Assembly (NCBI GenBank): GCA_051418015.1
Contig: JBPRGF010000017.1
Location: 32,001-96,000, forward strand
Reading direction: 5' to 3'
DNA from: Candidatus Nitrospinota bacterium M3_3B_026
GTDB lineage: Bacteria; Nitrospinota_A; UBA7883; JBPRGF01
Length of the DNA: 64,000 nucleotides
In this document: one piece after another, positions 55,818-64,000 of the stretch
Numbering within the stretch: position 1 is the stretch's first letter
Layout: each line of letters begins with the position of its first letter
Program-made: the position numbers and the translations under genes
The notes under the pieces: generated by a model
What the model saw: the letters and a program-made list of their open reading frames with translations, nothing else
The model's database searches: none
What the model was told of the DNA's origin: nothing

Positions 55818-56665
55818 CACATCCTCCTCAGAAGCCGCGCGCAAGACAGGGTGATGAGCCCCACGAGCATGAAGACCGTGACCGATATGGCCGAGCCGTA
55901 GCCGAACTGGAGGGTCTGAAACAGCGTCTTGTAGGCGTATATGGATAGAGTCTCCGTGCTGTTGGCCGGGCCGCCGCCCGTGAGGACGTATATGGAGTCG
56001 AAGACCCTGAAGGCGTCTATGGCTCGGAATATGAGCGTGACCAGGATCAGGGGCGAAAGCAGCGGGAGCGTTATCCTCCTGAAAGTCATCCACGGGGAGG
56101 CTCCGTCCACCCTGGCCGCCCTGTAAAGGTCCTCCGGCATACCCGCGAGGCCGGCCATCAGAAGCAGCGTCACAAAGGGAGTCGTCTTCCACACCTCCAT
56201 GATGATGGCGGCGTTCATCGCCCAGAAGGGGGCGCCCAACCAGTTCACGTCCGCCCCCAGCAGGTAGTTCAACACGCCGAAATCGGCGTTGTACATCCAT
56301 TCCCACATCCTGGCGGAGACGACCGTGGGGATGGCCCACGGGATCATCACCACCGCCCGCATGAGCCCCTTGCCCGCGAATACGCGGTTAAGGAGAATCG
56401 CCAGGGAGAGCCCCAGGGCAAGCTCCAGCGCCACGGAGACCGCCGTGAAATAGGCGGTGTTGTACAGGGCGTTCCAGAAACGGGCGTCTTCGAAAAGCCG
56501 CCTGTAGTTTTCCAGCCCCGTAAAGCCGGACTCGCCCAATGTCAGCTGGTAGCGCCGCAGGCTCAGCCAGGCGACATACACCAGGGGATACAGCGTCACC
56601 GCCGCCAGGGCAAGGCCCGCGGGGGCAAGATAGGCCGTCTGGGGCTTCAGCCGCGGAAAGCTCAA
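55817..56665 (-). CDS. Carbohydrate ABC permease (MalF/SugA-like)
   Basis: GLENY..LF.D.RFW, IPWAIPTVVSA, VWKTTPF, LYRAARVDGA, FRVFD..YVLTGGGP. Confidence 0.9.
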   Translation of the reverse strand: MSFPRLKPQTAYLAPAGLALAAVTLYPLVYVAWLSLRRYQLTLGESGFTGLENYRRLFEDARFWNALYNTAYFTAVSVALELALGLSLAILLNRVFAGKGLMRAVVMIPWAIPTVVSARMWEWMYNADFGVLNYLLGADVNWLGAPFWAMNAAIIMEVWKTTPFVTLLLMAGLAGMPEDLYRAARVDGASPWMTFRRITLPLLSPLILVTLIFRAIDAFRVFDSIYVLTGGGPANSTETLSIYAYKTLFQTLQFGYGSAISVTVFMLVGLITLSCARLLRRM

Positions 56666-56687
56666 AAAACCCTCCTGCCTGAATAAA

Positions 56688-57965
56688 TCAGCGCTCCTCG
56701 ATTATCCTCTCGATCTTTTTCCGGGCGGACCTCAACGCCTCCTCGGGCGTCTTCATCCTGGCCAGGACAGCGGAAAACTCCGTCTGCAGCGCCTGCGACA
56801 CCCTGATGTAATGGGGAGTCACGGGCCTCGGCCGCGCCGCCTCGAAAACCTCGTAAAGCCTGGGAATGAAAGGCTGGGCGGCGACAAGCTCCGGGTCCTT
56901 GTAAAGCGCCTTCAACGACGGTTTGAAGCCTATGGTCATGGCGACGAGCTTCTGCGCCTCGTACGAGGTGAGAAACTCCACGAGCTTCTCCGCCTCCTCC
57001 GGGCGCCTGGAGCGCGCGTTGACGCCGAGCTGCCAGCCGCCGAGGGCCGCGGCGGACCGGCCGCCCTCGAAGTGGGGAAGAACGCTCACGCCCACTTTGC
57101 CTTTCACCGGCGAGCCTTCGCGCTCGTATATGCTCCAGGCGTAGGGCCAGTTGCGCATGAAGACGGCGGCGCCCTTGCCGAAGATCAGCCTGGCCTGCTC
57201 CTCGGCCGCCGTGGTCACAAGCTCCGGCGTGACCCCGTGCTTGTACACCAGGTCTCTCATGAAAGTGAGGGCCTTGACGTTCTGAGAGCTGTCTATGACC
57301 ACCTCGCCGCCCTCCAGGACGGCGCCGCCAGCGCTCCAGATGAACTCCAGCGCGTCGCAGACGAGCCCTTCATACTGTTTGCCCTGCCAGACGAAGCCGT
57401 ACAGGCCGGGCTCTTTTTCCATGACGGCCTTCGATATCCTGACAAGCTCATCCCACGTCCTGGGCGGTTCGAAGCCGTGTTTTTCCAGCAGGTCCTTGCG
57501 GTAGTAGAGAATCCCGGCGTCCATGTACCAGGGGACGGCGTATATCCCTCCCCTCCACGTGACCGCCTCCATGGGGGCGCTGAAAAAAATTTCGCGTTTT
57601 TCGGGCGGCATCGTGTGAGAAAGATCGCGCAGCCAGCCGGCCCTGGCGAACTCGGGGCCCCATATCACGTCCAGAGCGAAGACGTCGAACTCGCCGGAGC
57701 CGCCCTCGAGGTTTATGACGTAGAACTGGTGCTGCTCGTCCGTCGCGGCGGGGAGGGTCTCCTCCACCACTTTTATCCCCGGGTTTTCCTTCTCGAACTT
57801 TTCGATAAGCTCCCGGATCGGTCTCGGGTCGCCCACCACCTTGCCATGCTTGAAGACGATGGTGACCGGGCCTTCATCCGCGCCTTCGGGGGGCCGCTGG
57901 CAGGATTGCGCGATCAGCGCCGCCGTCAGGATGGTCAACGGAAAAGCGAAAATTCTCGAAAACAT
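56688..57965 (-). CDS. Sugar ABC substrate-binding lipoprotein (trehalose/maltose-binding-like)
   Basis: Lipobox-like AQSC, LDVIWGPEFA.AGW, LYYRKDLL, QGKQYEGL.CD, FMRNWPY, LGGWQLG, RPRPVTP.Y. Substrate is inferred. Confidence 0.88.
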   Translation of the reverse strand: MFSRIFAFPLTILTAALIAQSCQRPPEGADEGPVTIVFKHGKVVGDPRPIRELIEKFEKENPGIKVVEETLPAATDEQHQFYVINLEGGSGEFDVFALDVIWGPEFARAGWLRDLSHTMPPEKREIFFSAPMEAVTWRGGIYAVPWYMDAGILYYRKDLLEKHGFEPPRTWDELVRISKAVMEKEPGLYGFVWQGKQYEGLVCDALEFIWSAGGAVLEGGEVVIDSSQNVKALTFMRDLVYKHGVTPELVTTAAEEQARLIFGKGAAVFMRNWPYAWSIYEREGSPVKGKVGVSVLPHFEGGRSAAALGGWQLGVNARSRRPEEAEKLVEFLTSYEAQKLVAMTIGFKPSLKALYKDPELVAAQPFIPRLYEVFEAARPRPVTPHYIRVSQALQTEFSAVLARMKTPEEALRSARKKIERIIEER

Positions 57966-58079
57966 GCCAACAATGATATCCCATGGCGTAAAGGGAGGTG
58001 AAGGAGAAGCGGCGCCGGATGGGAAGGGGGCGGGGTGTCTTCAGCCCATCGATGGCCGGGAAGGCGTCCTGCTCAGGAC

Positions 58080-58132
58080 AAAAAAGGGCCGCCCCACTCG
58101 CTTTTTTTCATTCTCCTGCAAGCGGGGCGGCC
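58080..58132 (-). terminator. Intrinsic terminator after the two small peptides
   Basis: Minus strand GGCCGCCCCGCTTGC-N16-GCGAGTGGGGCGGCC-CTTTTTT; it pairs fully only on the minus strand (two G-U pairs). Confidence 0.65.
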
Positions 58133-58158
58133 TCGCCCCCTCTGTCTCATGGCCAAGG

Positions 58159-58263
58159 TCAACCGGCTATAGCGGTCACCAGGGCCAGAAGCAGCGGGGC
58201 CACGAAAGCGATCAGGACGGCTATGTCCAGCGCCTCTTTCTCGTGAATCGCGTGAGTTCCCAT
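58159..58263 (-). CDS. 34-aa single-TM small protein (not in ORF track)
   Basis: AAGGAGG-N6-ATG; MGTHAIHEKEALDIAVLIAFVAPLLLALVTAIAG*. Confidence 0.7.
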   Translation of the reverse strand: MGTHAIHEKEALDIAVLIAFVAPLLLALVTAIAG

Positions 58264-58326
58264 GACGTTCCTCCTTAGTGAATAGTTGTCGCCAAAAAAC
58301 CCGTTCCTCGAAAAACCGGCGTCCGG

Positions 58327-58452
58327 TCAGCCCGCCAGAACGGAGACCATGGCAAGACCCGCTATGGCCGCCACCACCGGAGTGGAAAGCATCGCCAGGA
58401 TCACGCTGGCCGGTATCTCAGTCTTGTTGATGTTCTCTGCGTAAACGCTCAT
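58327..58452 (-). CDS. 41-aa single-TM small protein (not in ORF track)
   Basis: AGGAGG-N7-ATG; MSVYAENINKTEIPASVILAMLSTPVVAAIAGLAMVSVLAG*. Confidence 0.7.
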   Translation of the reverse strand: MSVYAENINKTEIPASVILAMLSTPVVAAIAGLAMVSVLAG

Positions 58453-58524
58453 TTTCTTTCCTCCTGATCTATTTGTTACTGGTTTGATTTTTTTTCTTTT
58501 TTTATCCCTTCGCCCTTTACATGT

Positions 58525-58541
58525 TGCAACGCTTGTGCCAA
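58525..58541 (-). promoter_or_regulatory. Sigma-54 (-24/-12) promoter
   Basis: Minus strand TTGGCACAAGCGTTGCA, an exact match to TGGCAC-N5-TTGCW. Confidence 0.8.
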
Positions 58542-58558
58542 AAGATGAACAGCTTATA

Positions 58559-58571
58559 TATCAATCAGTTG
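58559..58571. promoter_or_regulatory. IHF binding site
   Basis: TATCAATCAGTTG matches WATCAANNNNTTR, just upstream of the -24 box. Confidence 0.6.
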
Positions 58572-58712
58572 CTCTCATTTTTCCGGGTCTTTGCGTCCAC
58601 CGGAGTGGGTGGGCGCCCGGAAACGGATCAGACACTCCGACGCGAATCAGGACACGATGTCCGCTTCCTGCCCGCAAGACCCATGGACGTTGCAAGTGTT
58701 AAACTTTTGGTT

Positions 58713-59498
58713 ATGAAGATTTTTGGATTCGCGGCGTTTCTGGTCTTCGCGCTTCTTTTCTTATCCGCTTTTCCGGCCAGCGACAGCGCCCTGGCGCAGG
58801 TTCGGGAGTCCTCCGAGAAGGCCCTTGAGATATTGCGCGAGATCGACGACATGTGGAGAGGCGAATCGTCCCACGGCAGGCTCACCATGGAGGTGAAAAC
58901 GGCCCACTACACCAGGACGCTGCGGCTGGAGGCCTGGTCCAAGGGCAAGGAGAACACGCTGGTCCGCATCCTCTACCCCCTGAAGGAGAAGGGGACCGCC
59001 ACGCTGAAGTCCGGCTCCAGCATCTACACATACCTGCCTCAGACCGACAGGACGATAAGGCTGACCTCCGGGATGATGATGGGCTCCTGGATGGGAAGCC
59101 ACTTCACCAACGACGACCTCGTGAAAGAGTCGCGCCTGACGGAGGACTACTACGTGAACATAGTCTTCGAAGGCGAAAGAGACGGCAGGGAGATCATGGA
59201 GTTTGAGCTGACCCCGAAGCCGGACGCGCCCGTGGTCTGGGGGAAGATAACCCTGGTGACGCGGGCGGAGGACCACCTTCCCCTTGAGGAGATATATTAC
59301 GACGAGGAGATGAACGTGGCCCGGACGATAACCTTCAGCGAGATAAAGCAGATGGGAGGAAGAAAAATCCCCGCCAGGCTGAAGGTCGTCCCCGCGGACA
59401 AACCCGGCGAATATACCGAGTTGATCTACCACGAGATAGAGTTCGACATAGGGCTTGACGGCTCCTTTTTCTCGTTGGCGCGGCTGCGGAGGATGTAG
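58713..59498 (+). CDS. Outer-membrane lipoprotein-sorting (LolA-like) protein
   Basis: Signal peptide; IDDMWRG, P.KEKGTATLK, YLP.TDR.IRL..MMGSWMGSHFTNDDL, FFS...LRR. Start ATG 58713. Confidence 0.85.
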   Translation: MKIFGFAAFLVFALLFLSAFPASDSALAQVRESSEKALEILREIDDMWRGESSHGRLTMEVKTAHYTRTLRLEAWSKGKENTLVRILYPLKEKGTATLKSGSSIYTYLPQTDRTIRLTSGMMMGSWMGSHFTNDDLVKESRLTEDYYVNIVFEGERDGREIMEFELTPKPDAPVVWGKITLVTRAEDHLPLEEIYYDEEMNVARTITFSEIKQMGGRKIPARLKVVPADKPGEYTELIYHEIEFDIGLDGSFFSLARLRRM

Positions 59499-59499
59499 G

Positions 59500-60729
59500 A
59501 TGAACATTGGCGCCATGGCGGCCCGCAACATATGGCGCAACACCCACAGGACCGTCACGACCGTTGGGGCCATGGCGTTCGCCGGGGGGCTGATGATTCT
59601 CTACTCCTCGCTGCTTGCGGGTTTTCTGGAGGTCTTCGAGCGCAACGCCGTGGGGATGGACACCGGCGATATCCAAATCCACGCCGAAGGCTATCTCGAC
59701 GACCCGGACCTTTACAACCGCGTTGAAGACTCCGAAAAAATCGTGGAGAGGCTCAACGAGGCGGGCCTCGCCGCCGCCCCGAGGCTCTACGGCTTCGCCC
59801 TCGCCGCGGCGGGGGACGCATCCTCCGGCGTGACACTCCGGGGAGTGGATGTCGAAAGGGAGGCCGCGGCCACCCTCATCCACAACCACGTGATGAAAGG
59901 GCGGTGGATGGACACGCGGGATCCCCGCGGAGTGGTCATAGGCAGAAAGCTCGCCAGGACGCTCAACGTCGGCGTCGGCTCGGAGGTCGTGCTCCTGAGC
60001 CAGGCGGCGGACGGCTCCATGGCCAACGACCTTTACGAAGTCCGCGGGATACTAAAGTCCGTCAAGGAAGGGATCGACCGCGGGGGGGTTTTCATGACGG
60101 CCGATGAGTTCAGGAGGCTGATGGCCCTGCCAGAGGGCGCCCACGAGATAGCGGTTTCCAGGCGCGGCAGCGCGATGGGGCTCGCCGAGGCGGCAGAGAG
60201 GGTTGAGGCCGCCGCCCCGGGCCTTGACGTCAGGACATGGCGGCGGCTGAACCCAGTGGTGGCGCGGATGCTGGATATATCGGACTCGTCGATGTTCATA
60301 ATGCTGCTCATCACCTACACCGCCATCGCCATGGTCACGCTGAACGCGATGCTCATGAGCGTCTTCGAGCGCATCCCGGAGTTCGGCGTGATGAAGGCCA
60401 TAGGCGTGACACCCTGGCAGATACTCCTCCTGGTCTTCGGCGAGGGCCTGGCCCAGGCCGTCATGGCGTCCCTGATCGCGCTGGCGGCGGGGCTTGCGGC
60501 CTCGTGGTATTTCCAAGTCCACGGTATAGACCTTTCCGCCCTGACCGGCGAGACCGGCATGGCGGCCGTCGCAGGCGTCGCCTTCGATCCCGTCTGGCAC
60601 GCGAAACTGACCGCCGAGGCGGCGATCGTCCCCCTCGCCGTGCTGGTGGCGATAGCTCAGCTGGCGGCGATCTATCCCGGCGTCAAGGCGGCGCTGATCC
60701 GCCCCGTCCAGGCGATACATCATATATAG
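59500..60729 (+). CDS. FtsX-like (LolC/E, MacB-type) ABC permease
   Basis: MAARNIWRN.HRT, IG.KLA..L.VGVG, NAMLMSVFERIPEFGVMKAIG, YPGVKAA.I.PV.AI. Confidence 0.9.
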   Translation: MNIGAMAARNIWRNTHRTVTTVGAMAFAGGLMILYSSLLAGFLEVFERNAVGMDTGDIQIHAEGYLDDPDLYNRVEDSEKIVERLNEAGLAAAPRLYGFALAAAGDASSGVTLRGVDVEREAAATLIHNHVMKGRWMDTRDPRGVVIGRKLARTLNVGVGSEVVLLSQAADGSMANDLYEVRGILKSVKEGIDRGGVFMTADEFRRLMALPEGAHEIAVSRRGSAMGLAEAAERVEAAAPGLDVRTWRRLNPVVARMLDISDSSMFIMLLITYTAIAMVTLNAMLMSVFERIPEFGVMKAIGVTPWQILLLVFGEGLAQAVMASLIALAAGLAASWYFQVHGIDLSALTGETGMAAVAGVAFDPVWHAKLTAEAAIVPLAVLVAIAQLAAIYPGVKAALIRPVQAIHHI

Positions 60730-60739
60730 GAGGCGCGAT

Positions 60740-61975
60740 ATGCTCATCAGGATGGCCTGGCGCAACCTCTGGAGAAACAAGAGGCGAGCGCTCATCACCG
60801 CCTTCAGCGTCGGCTTCGGCGTCTTCCTGGCCGTCACCTTCACCGCCTGGGCAGACTACGCCTACACGGAGATGATCGACGCATCCGCGCGCATGGGATA
60901 CGGCCACGTCACCGTCACGCCGGAGGGGTACAACGCCACCCCCACGCTGAAAAAGAGAATAGACGGCGCGCGGGAAATCAGGCGAAAAGCCCTCTCCATC
61001 CCCGGCGTGGAGGACGCCATGACAAGGATCATGGGTCAGGCCATGTTCGCAAGCGCCGTGAAAAGCGTCGGGGGCGTCTTCGTCGCCGTGGACCCGGCCC
61101 AGGAGGACCCGGAGATGAACCTGTTCATCCGCTCGCTGGTCAAGGGAGCCCTCTTCGAGGGGACGGACGGGCGCGAGATACTGGTGGGAACGAAGATGGC
61201 GGAGAAACTGAACCTGGATATTGGGAAGAAGGTCGTCTACACCGCCACGGACATCGACGGCGAGATCGTAAGCGAGGTGGCCTACGTCTCCGGGATCTTT
61301 GAGACAGGGGTGGACAGCGTCGACGGGGGGTTCGCCCTGCTGCCGATCGACAGGGCGCGCTCCATGCTGCGCTATGGGCCGGAGGAGGCCACCATGGTCT
61401 CCATCATCATCGAGGACCAGCGCTACGCCGGAGTCACGGCGGACAGACTGAGAAAAAAGGCGGGGGGCTCCGGTAAGGAGATACTCACATGGCGGGACAC
61501 CCAGGCGGACCTGGCGGCTTTCATAGCGATCGACAAGTCGTCGAACTACCTTTTCCAGTTCCTCGTGGGGCTGATGATCGCGGCGGGGATACTGAACACG
61601 ATCATGATGGCCGTGCTGGAGCGAAAGCGCGAGTTCGGCGTGATGCTGGCGGTGGGTATGTCGCCTTCGCGGCTTTTCGCGCTGGTGTTGACGGAATCTT
61701 TCTGGATCGGGATGCTGGGGCTTATACTGGGCGTCGTGATAACCGCGCCGTGGTACGCTTACGTCAGCGTGTACGGCATCGACCTTAGCGCGATATGGGA
61801 GGAGGACATAGACATCGGAGGCGTCCTGTTCGACCCGCTGATGAAGTTCCGGCTTTACAAGGAGAGCGTGATAGCCATCCTCTCCACCGTCTTCGGCCTG
61901 ACGCTCGTCGCCGGGCTTTACCCAGCGTGGAAGGCGGGGAGGGTCCCCCCGGTGGAGAGCCTGAAAACGATATGA
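60740..61975 (+). CDS. FtsX-like ABC permease (second)
   Basis: MAWRNLWRNKRR, ILNTIMMAVLERKREFGVMLAVG, YPAWKAGR.PPVESL. Confidence 0.9.
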   Translation: MLIRMAWRNLWRNKRRALITAFSVGFGVFLAVTFTAWADYAYTEMIDASARMGYGHVTVTPEGYNATPTLKKRIDGAREIRRKALSIPGVEDAMTRIMGQAMFASAVKSVGGVFVAVDPAQEDPEMNLFIRSLVKGALFEGTDGREILVGTKMAEKLNLDIGKKVVYTATDIDGEIVSEVAYVSGIFETGVDSVDGGFALLPIDRARSMLRYGPEEATMVSIIIEDQRYAGVTADRLRKKAGGSGKEILTWRDTQADLAAFIAIDKSSNYLFQFLVGLMIAAGILNTIMMAVLERKREFGVMLAVGMSPSRLFALVLTESFWIGMLGLILGVVITAPWYAYVSVYGIDLSAIWEEDIDIGGVLFDPLMKFRLYKESVIAILSTVFGLTLVAGLYPAWKAGRVPPVESLKTI

Positions 61976-61988
61976 GATTTTTGAGCCA

Positions 61989-62510
61989 ATGAGGAAATCG
62001 AACGTGATCGTATCAACTTTGATAATGGCGGCGCTCGCCATTGGGCTTGTCCTCTTCGGATACGCAAGGGGTCAGGGCCAGCACGTCGCGGGCCTTAAGA
62101 CTGGTCTTTACATGTTCATAGACATCCTGCCGCTGCTCATCTTCGCCTTCATGGTGGCGGGGATGGCGCAGGTCATCATCCCGAAAGAGATGATAGCGAA
62201 GCTGGTGGGGGAGGAGTCCGGCGTTAAAGGGATATTCATCGGCTCCGCCGCGGGCGCGCTCACCCCCGGCGGACCTTTCATAAGCTTCCCGATAGCCGCG
62301 GGGCTGCTGCGCGCCGGGGCCAGCGTGGGGCCGATCGTGGCCTTCGTCACGGGGTGGCTGATCCTGGCCGTCACGCGCATTCCGCTGGAGGTGGGGATGA
62401 TCGGATGGAAGTTCACGATCATACGCCTGGCCAGCTCATTTTTCATCCCGCCGCTGGCGGGGATCATCGCGCAGTCGGTTTTCGCGGGGCGTTTCACGGG
62501 GGAATGGTGA
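61989..62510 (+). CDS. Small permease (DUF318/ArsP-like half)
   Basis: ILPLLIFAF, IP.EMI.KLVGEESG.KGI, GALTPGGPF..FPIA..LL.AGAS. Confidence 0.75.
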   Translation: MRKSNVIVSTLIMAALAIGLVLFGYARGQGQHVAGLKTGLYMFIDILPLLIFAFMVAGMAQVIIPKEMIAKLVGEESGVKGIFIGSAAGALTPGGPFISFPIAAGLLRAGASVGPIVAFVTGWLILAVTRIPLEVGMIGWKFTIIRLASSFFIPPLAGIIAQSVFAGRFTGEW

Positions 62511-62511
62511 C

Positions 62512-63252
62512 ATGACCACGGACAACGGCCCCCAGGCGGACTGGCGGGACGAGGACATCGCCAAAACCTTTTTAAGCGAGGCTCGCGCCGCCATCCCCCT
62601 GGCCGAAGAGCAGATGCAGGCGATGCTGCTCCTTATAAAAAAAGCGCGGCCGAAGCTTGCGCGCTTTCTCGACCTCGGCTGCGGCGACGGGGCGCTGGGA
62701 AGGGTCATATTCTCCGCTTTCCCTGAAAGCCGCGGGCTGTTCGTCGATTTCTCGCCCCCTATGATCGAGGCGGCGAAAAAGGAGCTTGAAAAAGCGGGAT
62801 ACAACCACGAGGTCATCCATGGCGACCTCGCCGTCAAGGACTGGCTCGGCGCCGTCGAGGCCGAGGGACCCTTCGACGCCGTCGTCTCGGGCTTCGCCAT
62901 CCATCACTTAAGCCACGAGCGCAAGAGGGAGCTTTACGCGGAGATATTCGGCCTGCTGGCCCCCGGCGGGATATTTTTGAACATGGAGCACGTGGCGCCG
63001 GCCTCCCCCTGGCTGGAGGATCTTTTCGACGAGACTTTCGTAAACTCCACCTGGGAAATCCACAAAAGCCGGGGCGGACAAAAGACGAGGGAACAGATAG
63101 CCGAGGAATATTTCAGGCGGCAGGACAGGGAGTTGAACATACTCGCGCCGCTCAACGACCAACTCGAATGGCTCAGAAAGATCGGGTTCGAGAACGTGGA
63201 CTGTCACATGAAAATATACGAGCTGGCCCTCTTCGGCGGGACGCGGCCATGA
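62512..63252 (+). CDS. Class I SAM-dependent methyltransferase
   Basis: FLDLGCGDG, VDFSPPM, FDAVVSGFAIHHL, LAPGG.F.NMEH, QLEWLRKIGF..VDC. Confidence 0.9.
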   Translation: MTTDNGPQADWRDEDIAKTFLSEARAAIPLAEEQMQAMLLLIKKARPKLARFLDLGCGDGALGRVIFSAFPESRGLFVDFSPPMIEAAKKELEKAGYNHEVIHGDLAVKDWLGAVEAEGPFDAVVSGFAIHHLSHERKRELYAEIFGLLAPGGIFLNMEHVAPASPWLEDLFDETFVNSTWEIHKSRGGQKTREQIAEEYFRRQDRELNILAPLNDQLEWLRKIGFENVDCHMKIYELALFGGTRP

Positions 63253-63259
63253 CGGGACG

Positions 63260-63763
63260 ATGATAAGAAAACTCGGCGCGGATGATTTCCCCTACATCCT
63301 GGCGGTGATAAACGACGCCGCCCAAGCCTACCGGGGCGTGATCCACCCCGGCCTGTGGAGCGAGCCTTACATGTCCGAGGATTACCTTAAAAGCGAGATG
63401 CGCGGCGGCGTCGAGTTCTGGGGATACGAGGCCGCCGGGGAGCTGATCGCCGTCATGGGCGCCCAGGACAAGGGGGACGTCACCCTCATCCGCCACGCCT
63501 ACACCAGGACCGAGGACAGGCGCCGCGGCGTCGGCTCCATCCTCTTAAATCGCCTAATGGAGACGACCGGAAAGCCGATCCTCATAGGGACATACCGCGA
63601 CGCCCCCTGGGCCATATACTTCTACGAGAGACACGGCTTCAGGCTCATCGACGGGCCGGAAAAAGACAGGCTCCTTCGAAAATACTGGGACCTGCCCGGC
63701 CGGCAGGTGGAGACTTCCATCGTCATGGCGGACGAGAGGTGGTTTGAAAGACGCGAAGGGTAA
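63260..63763 (+). CDS. GNAT family N-acetyltransferase
   Basis: [47 protein letters not shown]. Confidence 0.88.
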   Translation: MIRKLGADDFPYILAVINDAAQAYRGVIHPGLWSEPYMSEDYLKSEMRGGVEFWGYEAAGELIAVMGAQDKGDVTLIRHAYTRTEDRRRGVGSILLNRLMETTGKPILIGTYRDAPWAIYFYERHGFRLIDGPEKDRLLRKYWDLPGRQVETSIVMADERWFERREG

Positions 63764-63770
63764 CCGCTTC

Positions 63771-64000
63771 ATGAACAACTCCCCCATAGTCCACCTCGAC
63801 GCGGTCTCGAAGATATACGAGCAGGGGCAGGTATCCGTCACCGCCGTGGACGATGTGACGCTCGACATAAAAAGAGGCGAGTTCACCGCCCTCGTCGGCC
63901 CGTCGGGCTCGGGCAAGACGACGCTGCTCAACCTCATCGGCGCGCTGGACGAACCGACGAGCGGCAAAGTCTATCTCGAGGGCAGCGACCTTTCCGGCCT
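63771..64000 (+). CDS. ABC transporter ATP-binding protein (LolD/MacB-type), partial
   Basis: [16 protein letters not shown]...[32 protein letters not shown]; runs off the window end. Confidence 0.88.
   Translation, partial: MNNSPIVHLDAVSKIYEQGQVSVTAVDDVTLDIKRGEFTALVGPSGSGKTTLLNLIGALDEPTSGKVYLEGSDLSG

Noticed and set aside
58159..58329. Both small peptides end in AG-TGA: possible Sec readthrough
   Set aside because: No SECIS-like GU-loop hairpin at +25; the downstream structures look like terminators.

Overview
64 kb of a GC-rich, Gram-negative, probably flagellated bacterium. Gene content (mqnC, pdxJ, DUF507 pair, OprO/P porin, MshEN-type CheA) suggests a Nitrospinota- or Desulfobacterota-like lineage; this is an inference. 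The window is mostly chromosomal core: valS, secA, nadC, pdxJ, mqnC, CNNM and M16 pairs, a chemotaxis cluster, a complete pho/pst locus, a sugar ABC importer and a LolA-like/FtsX ABC exporter. It also has two AT-rich single-gene insertions and two clusters of palindromic repeats. I found no tRNA, rRNA, CRISPR array or transposase. The most interesting signals are absent or truncated in the ORF track. (1) A TusA/SirA-like gene reads through an in-frame UGA followed by a GGUCU-loop SECIS-like hairpin, so it is a candidate selenoprotein with a non-canonical active site. (2) An FmdB zinc-ribbon gene has a similar hairpin with GU at the same +25/+26 offset. (3) A full sigma-54/IHF promoter drives two tiny paralogous membrane peptides of 41 and 34 aa. 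(4) A 17-bp Pho-box-like motif occurs four times, and a sensor-less histidine kinase sits inside the pst operon. (5) An AT-rich HEPN-like gene plus REP-like repeats interrupt a cluster of three radical SAM enzymes and a glycosyltransferase.
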